DNA from: Kudoa neothunni
Lineage: Eukaryota > Animalia > Cnidaria
Direction of reading: 5' to 3'
Assembly (NCBI GenBank): GCA_964304625.1
Contig: OZ199838.1
Coordinates: 2,355,329-2,419,328 of the forward strand
Length of the DNA: 64,000 bases
The translations under genes and the position numbers were made by a program. Of the stretch, positions 26,201 through 38,696 are shown in pieces. Under the pieces are notes generated by a model. It worked only from the letters and a program-made list of their open reading frames with translations. It was not told the origin of the DNA and made no database searches. Each line of letters opens with the position of its first letter. The stretch's first letter is position 1.

Positions 26201-29200
26201 TAGAGTTCATTTTTAATGACGCCAATCGACAACGGTTTAATATCCAACAAATTCGTGTGAATGGTTTCCAGTTGGGGCAGCAAATAATGATTAAAATCAA
26301 TGTGATGAATACATTCAGCACCCAAAAAGGTTTCAGACAAAAATCTCACTGTGTACTGCGAAGGTACAGGCTCGAATATAGGGATATAAAAACTAAGTTC
26401 TAACACATTGTTCGTTATAACCTAAATAGTCAAATTATATAAACATTATTGAAATTTTTTGCATAATTATGTGTCAAATTATTTTACGTTTAATATTATT
26501 AGATGATATATGATGGAAGTTTTTACTGTATTTTTTGTGATTATTAAAAAAATATTTAGTAATCTAATTTAATGATTAAAAAATAAACTAATTAATATAT
26601 CAAATAATAATTTTTTATTAACTTATATTATTATGTGTGCGTCATTAATTAAAAAAATTATCATTCAACAAATAATAAAAGAATTTAATTCTCCTTACCC
26701 CCTTGAAAATAAAATAGAGTATTCAATGTTGGATTATAAAATAAATAACTTAGCAATCTATATGATAAATATGTACTTAAAACGATAAAAGTATTTATTT
26801 TTATCCACCTGAATATTGTATTTATCAATCATATAGAGTTATTTATCGTTAAGTCAATATAAAGAGATTCCAAGGTATTACGTTTAAGCCAGAAAATGTT
26901 AGGAAACATTGTTAATAAGTCTAATTATTGTACAGCCTTATAAAAGTTTGTGTCATTTTAGTTGTTATAAAATAATTAAGTTTTATTAGGGTTTAAAAAA
27001 TTGATAATGTTAATTTTTAATAGAATTTGATTTAAAACGAGAAAAGCCATATTTTACTTTAGTTAACATCTGCTTTTTTATCTCTTACATAAAGAAATAC
27101 GAGAAAAATATACAAGTCAACTGTTTAATTAAAAAATAATTTTTATGTACAAAAAATTGGAATTTAACATTAAAAAAATATTCCATACTTTGCATCACAA
27201 ATTGTAGATAAAGAATATTTTTATTAATTTGTAAATGATCAATTTGACTCTCAATATTTTAATTTTTACAAAGATACTTAATCAACCGTATTTTTAAAAA
27301 GAACGTGGTAATTTTACAATTTAAAATCCACAAAAAACTATACTTGAATAAATTATCTTGTTAGTTTATTAATTAATTCTCAAAATTTTTCAATAGATAT
27401 GAATGATTAATTGAACTTTCCAAACTAGAACATAAAACTGTTGCAATTTCTCACGTAAGAAAACATCTATTATATTATGATTAATCAAATATGACAAAAA
27501 TATTCATTATCAGTGTTTTAAATTCATTTTGAGTCTTTCAGAACACATTTTGTTTTATCTGTATTGCCAAAAATTAGGTGTATGTCTTATTATCCTGAAA
27601 AATATCAAAAACACTTAAAAAATAATATTATTTAAATAAATAGAATAAACAAGATATTGTTTATGTTTTAATCATCATTAAGAATTCTCAGTCGCCTTGG
27701 AACAGATAAAACATCGAGATTTTATTGAATTTAATATTTTGAGTTGATAGTTGACATAATAATTATATTATTTCAAATAATTTTATAAATTCCGTATTTA
27801 AATGTTCTGTAAAACGAAAAATCATTATGTAAAATCTATGAGAACCAAAAATTTTGTTATGAACTCAACTAAACGAACCACATTAAAGTTCGTCGAGCCA
27901 GAGTTTAATAGATTAGTTGGCATGCGAAACTTTCAAGGAAATTTCTTCACATAATCACTTTTTACAAAAATAATGTTTACAACAACTTAATTAAAAATAA
28001 CATTTTTAATAAATACAATTTCACCCAAAACTTCTGTTAAACATAGAAATGAAAAATGTCAGTTTTTAGTTTGAATCTCATTTATTTCAAATTATATTAA
28101 AATTATATAACTAATAATAATATTATGAGATGAAAAATATTTTATGTTAATAATTAAAAATTTCATTTTCATTATTACTTTATATACAAATTATTTCATT
28201 TTACATATTTAATAAAAAAATTAATTATTAGTATTATAACTGTCAGACGAAACTTGAAATAAGAAATATTCATTTTTAGTAGACATAAATAATGACAATG
28301 TACTCATTTAAAAAAGCCTTCTTAAATTCCAATAAAATATGTGGAATAATTAGCGATTTTATGAATATTAAAATGAAATTTAAGTGAACCTAAGAAATTT
28401 AAAAATATCATCAGAGTTATACCTACTAAGAAAAGTGAGAATTACTTGCTTTTTTGACAAAGTAAATGTTTCGTGGTGATATATGTGATCACTTTGAGGA
28501 TCTTCTACAAGCATAATCCAGTAGAGTGTATCGGCGCCGATTATGCGTTCACTCCAATAAAAGTCAGCTTGAATCAAGAGCTTAATGCTGAGAATGGAGT
28601 TGGTGATAGGTTGTGCTTTAGAGCGCACATTAAGCAACGGAAACGATTTTGCAATGGAAACAATATCATGGGCATAGACTTTATTTCGGATAATGGCTCC
28701 CACTTCAGCGGCTGATAATTCGCGAATATTTTCCATGGAGAGATTTGCCTTGGAGATATTTTTGAGAGCATGTGAGGGAATATTGAAAAGATCGGTAAAC
28801 TGTATAAGTGGATAATCATCCATCCACACTTGAAGTTGGACAGCCTTTGAAATTTCATGTAGAAGGATGGCAACGGAAGGCCAGTCGTTGGACAGAGCAA
28901 TCTCAAAAAAAGCACGAGTGATTCGACCACAATTCTACAATCATAAATTATTCACTCATTATGAGTTGAATTAACAGTTTCTATTTAGATTTATTTAATA
29001 TGAGAAAATTTTTTTCATTGTCTTATAACTGTTGAAATAGCTACCTGTGAGACATAGTTCATATCGGAAACTAATGAGAAAGAATCAGGACGATGGCGTG
29101 ATATATGACACTGTAAAAGTGTCATTACTTTGTCTTCTGCGTCGAGAATTTCACGGGAATAAGAGGTATTGATTCGTCTGACTCGATTAGGAATAGACGA

Positions 29201-32200
29201 CAATTCAATGGTTTCATCGAGGCGTAGAATGATTGAAGAAAACTCTGACGATTTGCAGATAAGACGAAACAACTGTTCCAAATCCAGCATAGAGTTGAAA
29301 TTTTCATTCAGCATAGCGACAGTAGAGTAGGTGAGATAGAAATGGCTGGCAATGCGACCCAAGTTGGTGATATACAGGTATTCGGTGGAGCTATCAAATC
29401 GGATCATTTTGTTTTTGTTGAGAATATTTACGGCAGCCATGACAATTTTTTTCTCAAAATCCAACAAATTGTTTTTGATTTGTTTATTCGTGGCACCGTA
29501 GGCAAGAGGATTTTTAATCATTCGAACGAAAAGATAAGTGTATTTGAGCCACTTGATAGCTTCGGAGAGGTTGGTGATGGTGCCAAGGGCGATTTCTGAG
29601 TTGATCACATCGACAAGGGATGTTTTGAGTAGTTGGCTTTCGATTGGTTTTGGTGAGAGAAAACTTTGCACATAAAAATTCAAGTCTTTGTGTTTGGTGA
29701 TAAGAATGGCATGTCCGATTTCGCCTTGGTTGGTGGCGGTGAATTGAGGTCGGCCAGCTCGTCCGAATATCTGTTGCACATCCAATATATTGAGTGGAAC
29801 AAAAGAGCCTTTTGACGCATCATATATATCAGTTCCTTTGATGATCACAGTATGAGCGGGTAGATTGATACCCCATGACAGTGTGGCAGTGCACACCAGC
29901 ACTTTGATGGAGCCTGCAAGAAAGAGCGCTTCGACAGTGTCTCTATCTCGACGAGCGATTCCAGCATGGTGAATGCCAATACCGGAATCGATAATCTTTT
30001 TAAGATCTTGGTTTTGCAGTTTGTTATATTTGGATCGGTCGGTTTTCACAATAGATTGATTGAACAGCGCAATGTGTCCTTCGTTTTGAGCTGTAATGAG
30101 GATATTTAGTGCAGTTTTCAATGTGTTATTTCTGGTGTGAACAAATATCATCACTTGATGATCGTTGCGAAGTGACTGTACCGTTTTCTCATAGCAAATG
30201 ATGTTCATATTAGTTTCCAGTTCTTTGTGGTGGTTGGTAGCGGAAGTGACACCGACGAAAGTTTGTTGCAATGGAACACTTCGGAATCTTCCATCGAAAA
30301 AGAACAATCCAATATTGGGATTAACGCAGAGAAACTGAGCAACATCTAAATAGTTGGGGAGAGTGGCTGACAGACCCACAATACGAATCATAGATTGTGA
30401 CGATTCTACCAATCTCAATGTACGAGCAACAATGGCTTCGATGACCGGACCTCGTTCGTCCTGTAGCAAGTGCACTTCATCAATAATAAGCAATCTAGCC
30501 AACAACGGCAATGAAACATCTCCAGAAGGTTTTCTTGTGACCACATCCCATTTCTCAGGGGTGGTTACAATAATTTGTGTGGCTGCCAGTTGTTGAGCGG
30601 TTAGTTTCATGTCGCCGGTCAACTCTCGAACTTTAATTCTTAGACAACTCAATGCTCGTCTGAATTTTTCTGTAATTTCCGCAGCAAGAGCTTTCATTGG
30701 AGCAATATAAACCACCTTAAACGAGTTCATATTTATCACCGAATTCGAGTTGGTATTGTTTATGATTTCACGAAGAATAGTCAATAAAGCTATGTTAGTT
30801 TTGCCGGCGCCAGTCGGTGCACAAATGAGCATATTTTCATTTGTTTCAATAGCGGTTTTGTAGACTATCGATTGGATTCGATTGAGTGTGGTGATGTCGG
30901 AGAAAACCATTTGTTCAACCTACAGCAAAATCACATTAAAATCACCGATCTAACAAGCAACCTCGCTGAGTGAACTGATAGCGATAAAATTGTTTGTGTT
31001 CTCTGGGGGAGCTTGAGTGGGAGCAGGTACGCACAGTTCCACGTAGTTGGCCTCAGTTTTGGAGGAGGTATTTTCAGGAAGTGCATTCACGCTATCTCTC
31101 ACTCCATATTTGCAGGTATCATACACATGAGGGAGTAGATATAGATCGTTGGAACCGCTTCTACCGTAGAGTAGTTGTTGATTTTGAAAAGCGGTTTCAA
31201 CCGACATTTCAGTGGCATACTCTTCATAGGTTAACAACGAGGATTCATCGCCTCGATATTTTCCAGTGGAAAATTGTTTGTTTATCGCATCAACAAATTT
31301 ATTGATGGTGGAATCATTAAAGTTTTTATCGTATAATTTTTTGATGTAATTCTTAATTTTTTTGGAGTACTTATCTGAATACTGTTGTTGTTTTTTCTGG
31401 GTGGAGCTCTAATATCAAATAAATTACAATAATCCAATCCCATAAAATATGAGGATCTATGTGTGAAGTAAGAGGAAAGACGGACAAATTACAGTCACTT
31501 GAAGTGTGTTCATAAAGGGAGAATTGGTGGACTGTACACTATTCCAAAAGCTCACCAATTCGTTCACAGACACTGAGAGTTGTTGTCGTTTCGAGAGAAT
31601 ATATTCGACCAGCTCTAAATTTTCCCAACCAACCAGCACACACAATTTCTCTTGAATAGCCTCATCACTGAGCTCGTTGTTATCCACAATAGAAAAAATT
31701 TTGGCAGCAGCAGTGTATTTATCTTTGCCTAAAACTCGCACCAACTCAACCACAAACCATTTTGAGATTTCGAAGGGATTATGAGTGGTGTTGATATCTT
31801 TGACAGTGGGGTCCAATCTAATTGTAGATCAGTCGAGATTTTTCTCAACTTAAGTTTTACCGTTTCGAGCAAATTATATAGCGATAGTTTGGAACCAACT
31901 CTACAAATCTATTCGTTGTTATCTTGTCGATCTCGTCGGCATCAACATCTCGAAATTGAAATTTCTCACTTAGTTGATATCGATAAAAACACATATTCAA
32001 TTGGGATAAATCGCACACTTCTGACAACTGTTCCAGCGTGTCGCACAACCCCAGAGATTGTTCCTCGTTGAATAGGTTCGTAGTTTTTTGGATAAAATCC
32101 CCATATTTCATTATGTTACTGGTACAACATTTTCCAGCATAACGATTAACCAACTCAAACCACACACTTAAAATATCACTGAGATTCGAAATCAATTCCA

Positions 32201-32510
32201 ATTCTTCACATTCACTATCTAAGTATGTCGCTCAAACACATTCTATTTATAATAACATCAAATGTACCGTATTCTCTTAGTTTTTTTATCACAAATTTTA
32301 ATAATCTCTTAATCTGTCAATTAAGTAATATAATAGCGCCCTAATTACCACAATTAATACTTGGTTAGTTTCTTGAGGAAATCTGATGTCGACATTCTCG
32401 AAAAAATTTTCCAACGTATATGCATAGCCATTAGAATTAGAGATGATTTTATTTGAGTCATTTAATGAGGACAGTTTGATTTTCTGCCTCAACAATTCTA
32501 TAAACCTCAT
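23214..32510 (-). CDS. ASCC3: ASCC3/Slh1 tandem Ski2-like helicase with Sec63 domains
   Basis: Two intact cassettes (APTGAGKT/DEVH and APTGSGKT/DEIH; QIFGRAGRPQF and QMMGRAGRPQF). TPEKWDGLSRSWKTREYVKSV is ASCC3-like rather than like the degenerate second cassette of Brr2. Sec63 C-terminus LMCDAIFGLDQQYEF; stop 23214-23216; 2-kb intron 26422-28445. The start ATG at 32510 is probable. Confidence 0.93.
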
Positions 32511-32522
32511 TGTTATGTTGAT

Positions 32523-32532
32523 TGCGCACGCA
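32523..32532. promoter_or_regulatory. NRF1/Ewg-like GCGCA motif (TGCGCACGCA) just upstream of the ASCC3 ATG
   Basis: GC-rich island in an otherwise A/T-rich 90-bp spacer; similar motifs precede most genes in the window. Confidence 0.5.
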
Positions 32533-32600
32533 ATTTGGTTTATTTATTTTTTGTTAATTTAATTTAAATGCAGAAAATTTTTAATAAATAAAATCAAAAT

Positions 32601-35082
32601 CTACAGTAGTTTGCTATTAAAATTATTGTTTTTCGAGTAGTCATCGAGAAAAGGAAGAGTAGTAACATCAAAACTTTTTCTTTGGGAAGCCTAAAAATGG
32701 AAATCCAACTTAAATATAATGTTTAAATTTTATGACTTTGTTTGAAATTTGATTTAATTTATTATCGATGGGAATATTTTCTTTTTGAGGTTCTATTTTT
32801 TTATTAAAATTTAGCAAATTAAATTTAATAATGTACGTGGCTCGGTTAAACTAATAGGTTTGGATTTCTTTTTGTTTTGAGGTTGATTTGTTGCTTTTCT
32901 GCTTCTTTTTAGTGGTTTTTCGCATGTTTCGCCTTATTAGAATAAAAAATTTTTTTTAACAGTCATAGAATACTTTTAGCAGCAACATCCTTGGTGCTAT
33001 TACACACTCTATGATTTGGTGCCAGTGGCATTGCTTGACTATTCGCATTCTGCCCACCCCTGAAAACACCCAAATTTTCACATTTCGCTTCCAGTTGTTG
33101 TCGTATTGCTTTCAATTCATCTTCCAAAGATGCCATGTCAAATTTGACCACTAACTTGGAGTGAATTTCATCGATATAGCGCGAAACCATATTTTCAATG
33201 GAATCCTTCTCTTCTTTGCAGACAAATTCGTTCAACGCATTAATCAACAATTTGGATGACAAAATATTCAATTGCATCTCCTTAATCAATAAATATGTAA
33301 ATAAATATATAAACATACAAATATACAAATTAAGGAAATATAGTGATAATGATTAAATTTACGCTGTTGTCTTTTTTCCGTAGAAACTCCTCGATTAGGT
33401 CTTCTATACGGAGATTGCTTGAGGGGGGTTGTTGATCGTGGCCTAATAAGTCATTCAGTGCACTCGAAATGTTCTCTACAGTGAAACACAAACATAAAAA
33501 AACATTCAGTATACAACTATTGTTACCGATAGACGACTTTTTTCTAAACAACAACACATTGTCTGGATTGGCTACCAACTTGGCAATATCCATAGAAAAT
33601 TCGGAATTTTTAAAAATTGGATATCCTCCCGAATAGTCAACCTACTCTCAACAAATCGACAAAATAAAAACTGACACCAACAAAAGATATAAACTTTGAG
33701 ACGTATTAGGGGAAGTTTGGGTTGATTGGGATTGCCACTTAAAAGTTGTTTCGAGTTGTCTATCATCTCATGCAATTTCTCAACCAAAAACAGTTTAACT
33801 AGATCCTCACGAGATGGATCCAATTTGGTGTTCGCTAACACCACCTCGTCGTACACAAATGGGCGAACTGTTTGCAGTGGAACTGGAATGAGTTTAAATG
33901 ATTTGGATTTTATTTGTAACAACCCCACCTTCCTGTTCGACCATTAAATATTATCGTAAACAAAAATGGAACACCCACTTTTGAACAGCCTCTCCTTTCT
34001 CCAACGAGGTGGCAATCGAAGACCCTGGCTGAGATATATAAAAGTTGTTATTGTTACCAAAGCAAGGCTCAATCAAACACTCGTGCTCATGTCCCCATAC
34101 CAACAAATCAATAAAACTATCCAGCATTTGGTCAGGTATATAAGATGAGGACGACGATCCACGCTTGTATCTATTTTGATGTATCACCATCAGATTGAAC
34201 CATTCGTCCGGATTCTCCTCTGGTTGAAACATTGTCATTCGACCTTCCTTGTAGATTTGATGCAATCGCTCGTCTCGAATCGACCCATATCCATACAATG
34301 CTAATTTAGTTTCCTGCTTCTGAAACAACAAAGGACACACATCCAAACGCTCGATTTGATTGAATTTGCCGAAATAATTAACAAATCCACATGTAGAGAG
34401 AATGTCAAGAGAACACAATCCCGCTATCTAGCATTCATAAAATTATCTTATTGTCCAACTACGCCTACACTCACCCCAACAGGGTCGTCATGATTGCCGT
34501 GTATTGAAAATATGGGCAGTTTCACATTAAAATGACTGTTTTGATAGTTTACATTGGTAAATCTAAAATTAATTCTATGTGAGTGATTTCTGTAGAGTAC
34601 ATTTTCGTTGGATGCATTTATTTAAATGCAGTAAAGTATTAATTTTAGTATAATTGTAATGTGCTCGTCGCCAAACAATTCGCGCCATAATTGAAATATT
34701 CTGTACTTGCAATGACGAAACACGTCGTCTGGATCACTAAGAAACTCAAATTTGTGATTTTTCTCACCGAAACAATATTCACGCAATAGATTCATGGTTT
34801 GATAGACTGTTTTCCGGCTTGGCTTATTATCGTGAAATAAATCCCCACCGAGAAGTACAAAATCAACCTAGATTTTCAACTCAGTTTCAGTTTCATTACT
34901 CACTTCATTCACATCGTTTTCTGTAGCTATTTGGAGTATTTCTTCAAATGTTATCAGCGAATCACTCGATCTTATCGAATCTTTCTCTTTGTATCCAAGA
35001 TGTATGTCTGTGGCTAAAAAACCTCGTTAATAAAAAATAATCACTCGGTTATACCAACTAAAATATTGAAACAATCCTCCAT
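32601..35082 (-). CDS. MRE11: MRE11 double-strand-break repair nuclease
   Basis: Spliced nuclease motifs [75 protein letters not shown]. All introns GT-AG; stop 32601-32603. Confidence 0.97.
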
Positions 35083-37041
35083 TGGCAAACCGCGCGCACA
35101 CACTTTCTACCACATCTAGCCTTGGGATTTAACCATTACCTTTTCTTTGAATATTAAATTTTTTAAAAACTAAGTAGGATTCTATCGATTTTATGGAGTT
35201 AATATTGCGCAACGAATTATTTAGCCCTTGTAATATTAAGGTGTCTTATTCAAATCAATTATTTAAAATAAGCTTTATTTTATTAATCGTAAAATTGAAA
35301 TAATATTGAATTTTATAATTATTCATCATTTGATATTAATGGAATTTTTTACAATATATATTTTTATCTCAGAATGATGAAATAATTCAGCCAGTTTGGT
35401 TACAGAAAAATATTTATTGTTTTCTTTTGATATTATGTAGCTTATTTAATTAATTTGCATTATGTTGTTTTCTATATCGCTAGACAAATTAATATTGATG
35501 ATAAAATACGGAAAATATAAGTCCGGGAACATTATTTATGAATACAATGAACTAATATGTAATATATTAAAATTGATCAGTAGTATATTTTATTATTATA
35601 TTAAAAATTAGATATTATTTGATTTTATTGTTTTATTATAATAATATAGTCCAATTTTATATAATTAAGAAAAAATGTAATTATTTCTGTTAAATGTGGA
35701 TTAGCAAAAATAAACTCGCTAAGTTTAATACAGCCGGAGAGTATAAGAAGTATTCTTTTAAATTTTATCACGGAAATATTGTAATCACACTGACGAGAAA
35801 ATGTCCCCACACATTTTCTAAGTGAGCTCGAACTTGATAGAACCGCGTTTATTACACAGCTCGGTTATTTTTTATTCAAATTCTGTACTGAATAAAACTA
35901 GTGGAGAGAGTGAAACTTAATACAGCAGTTAATTAGTTTTACTCAATCCCCTTGGGTGTGGTGAAAAATGACGCAAAATCTCACTTTTTACACTTTGCGC
36001 GTGGATTATAAGTTTATTTTCCTTAGCGCTCCCTGAATATAATTTAGGTGATAATCATTCATGTATGATAAAAATTATTTTAAAAAATTTATTTCTACCA
36101 CATAAATATTTTGTCAGTTTAATTATTATTTTTGTCTTTTGAAACAACTTTTTCCTTAATTACACAAGACTACGAAAGATATCTAAAATTTTAACTTTTT
36201 TCCACGTAATACTCGCTGAATAAGGCTATGTATAGGGATTTACGAGTTATGTTATGTCATCATTTTGTCAAACAATTTTGCCACGTGTGTTCGAACTCAT
36301 CGTTATTAGTATAGATTTAACCAAATTTAAACATAACATTATGAGTAATTATACTCATAAGGATCTCTTAATTGTAAAATTTTATTAGATAACAGTAACG
36401 AGAAGCAATCTTCCCCTGATAAGAAGTAAAAACAAGTCACTGATGATGTAAGAATAATGATAATCAATCATTCGAAAATAATGTAAGCAATTCGCAACTT
36501 ACAAAAGATTTTGGATTGCCACGCATCATTGTTACGTCCATTGTGACAGCGAATGCAAAAATGGGGAAACTAGGGTGTCAAAGAGAGAGCATGATTTTTG
36601 TTCAAAGTTCGCAATGAAACAAATATTTGATATTTGCAGTTACGTAGATGAGGATGCTGTTATCACTTTGCAGGTGCCTTCCATTTAAATTGTGTGTGAA
36701 AGTGGAGTTTAGATGAGTTCTTACATTATACACAGGCGCTTAAAAGGATCCCTCCACTCATCCTTTGTATATATAAAGGAAGACTGTTGGTATGTTTGTG
36801 TGTATGCCCCTAAGTACTCATTTGCGGATAATTTTTTCCTTATAGAGAGCCATATATACAATTTTTACAAATTTGTGATATTTAAAAAAATCGTTTAATT
36901 GTTTTCGGACTACTAAAGTTTCCAAAAGGTATTTATGAAATAGTGATTTTGTCGATTTAAAGTTGTTTATCGGATTACATGAGTTAAACTATAGGATTAG
37001 CGCTTGCTTATGTCATGGTGATGGTCGGTTGAAGTTAACTA

Positions 37042-38276
37042 TCTCCTTTATATACTCTATCATATGTTAATTGAACGATGTCATCTGTCCTTACGTATAA
37101 GATTTGTGCGTTTATTTTATTGTTTGCTCCAATAAATTCCTTATATCGGGAGTTTAATGTAATTGACTTGATAAACACATTTTGAAGGCTCTATTAGTGG
37201 GTTTAGATACGAAAAAATGTCAATATTTGCATTATTACTTAGTTGGTTAGGCGCGTTATAATCAGATAGATTGAAGCACTATAACGCAAGTATTGTGTCC
37301 GTAGATTTCATTGAAATCGTCCGTTATGTTGAACTTTCAGTGATCCAATTCAGTGCAGATTGTTACTTCATCCGATTGTTTAAATTATTTGTTAGAAAAA
37401 GCGCATTAAAGTTTTTGCGGATCAAAGGATATTAATTTTAGCAATATCAATTAATTTTCATACGTTTTCTTCTATCTCCATTACTTTCTCGATTTTTTGA
37501 TCTCTTAAAAAGTTAGTGATACACACAGTTATTGAGCGGGGCCAGAATTCGACTTTTAAAAATCCTCCAGCCAAAAAATAACGTTTTAGATAACACTTTA
37601 ACAGGATTTAAATAATTCGGGAATGCAAAAAATACGATGCTGACCTTAACTTATTTAGCGTTGTTGCCGAGCCACGAAATTTTAAATGAACGCCAGGATT
37701 GGAACATGTTGGATCTCGAGCCTTCCACGAATTGGCACCTAAACGGAATCCCCGTTGCAGCCGTTGAGGTAAGAATTGAAAACCATTTCCTTCTTTATTC
37801 AACGAGTATTTGATCCCCGTTTCGTCATGAATTACAACTCTTACACTGTTCCGTCGATTTGGTGAAGAAACGTGGGGCCAATACTCCCCTCAACATCGAT
37901 CACATCATGAAACATTCCTACCGTCGGAAGCGGCGCTAGGAATGTTCAAAAATGAAGGCCGGACCACATGGGGATGTAGAACCCCTCAGCCTATTTAAAC
38001 ATATTCTTAATATTTTACTATCAGACTCTCTCGTATTTTTTTTCAATTCACTCCGTGTGTTCTTTGGCATTTGGCGCGTATACAACAGAACACACCATCA
38101 AAGAAATGAACATAATTTAAATTTCATAATCCAAATCGTTAAAGTATATTGCTTAAAAATTTTTAGTTATTTTGCATCTATGGGTTAACTTTAGGCTTTA
38201 TTATACTTTTCGAATATTGTTAAGAAACGTATATATGCGAAATCTTCCCCAAGCAACGCTGGGCAGTTCCCGCTAG
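37042..38276 (+). mobile_element. Non-autonomous Helitron (3' end clear, 5' end tentative) with nested solo LTR
   Basis: 3' hairpin CCCA(A)GC-AAC-GCTGGG (38248-38263), then CTAG (38273-38276) followed by T. Candidate A|TC 5' end at 37042. Sequence 37390-37705 plus 38093-38276 aligns to 61648-62147. Confidence 0.7.
37707..38087 (-). mobile_element. Solo LTR (381 bp)
   Basis: Starts TGTTG and ends CAACA; perfect 5-bp TSD GAACA (37702-37706 and 38088-38092). Absent at the homologous site in the other two copies. On the minus strand a TATA-like TTTAAATA (~37992-37999) precedes AATAAA (~37794-37799). Confidence 0.85.
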
Positions 38277-38696
38277 TCTAATAATAGTTTTAAATAAATT
38301 AGAAATGATCTGTATCAAAATCGAATTTGTTCATTTATAATATTCAAATTATTTAAATAGATCTAAATTTCCTTGATAAATTATAAAGTCTATATAAATT
38401 TTATGTAAAGTATTATGGGATCCGAAAATAGCAAAATAATGTCTAAAATAGCTAAGCTAATTCGGTTGATTCCTCGTCCTCTTGATAGCAGACATAATGT
38501 AAAAATTTAAATTATATCATGATTACATTAAAAATATGAATGGGTGTTTGGTAAAATTTATAAATACATGACCAATCATTATCGGGAACAGTCGTGATAC
38601 ATTATTCCGATCGGAATTTCCCTCGATTTGTTCTGAGTGTGGGCCGTAATCTTCTTCCATTGTTGTTGGAGAACATTAGCTGTTATTATCGGAGAG

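Noticed and set aside
24386-30596. Plus-strand ORFs opposite ASCC3 (e.g. 25553-26026), and likewise opposite BRWD, DNAJC21 and the ZnF gene
   Set aside because: Antisense shadows of real coding exons with no independent motifs.
23214-32510. Two separate helicase genes, or SNRNP200/Brr2
   Set aside because: The halves join through a GT-AG intron (26422-28445). The intact second cassette and its sequence match ASCC3.
32511-32600. SL trans-spliced operon junction
   Set aside because: There is no AG acceptor between the MRE11 stop and the ASCC3 ATG; kept only as a tight-spacing finding.
37608-38188. Captured host-gene or horizontally acquired fragment in the Helitron (ORFs 37608-37802 and 37952-38188)
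   Set aside because: The GC-rich segment is fully explained as a TSD-flanked solo LTR, and the ORFs cross its boundaries.
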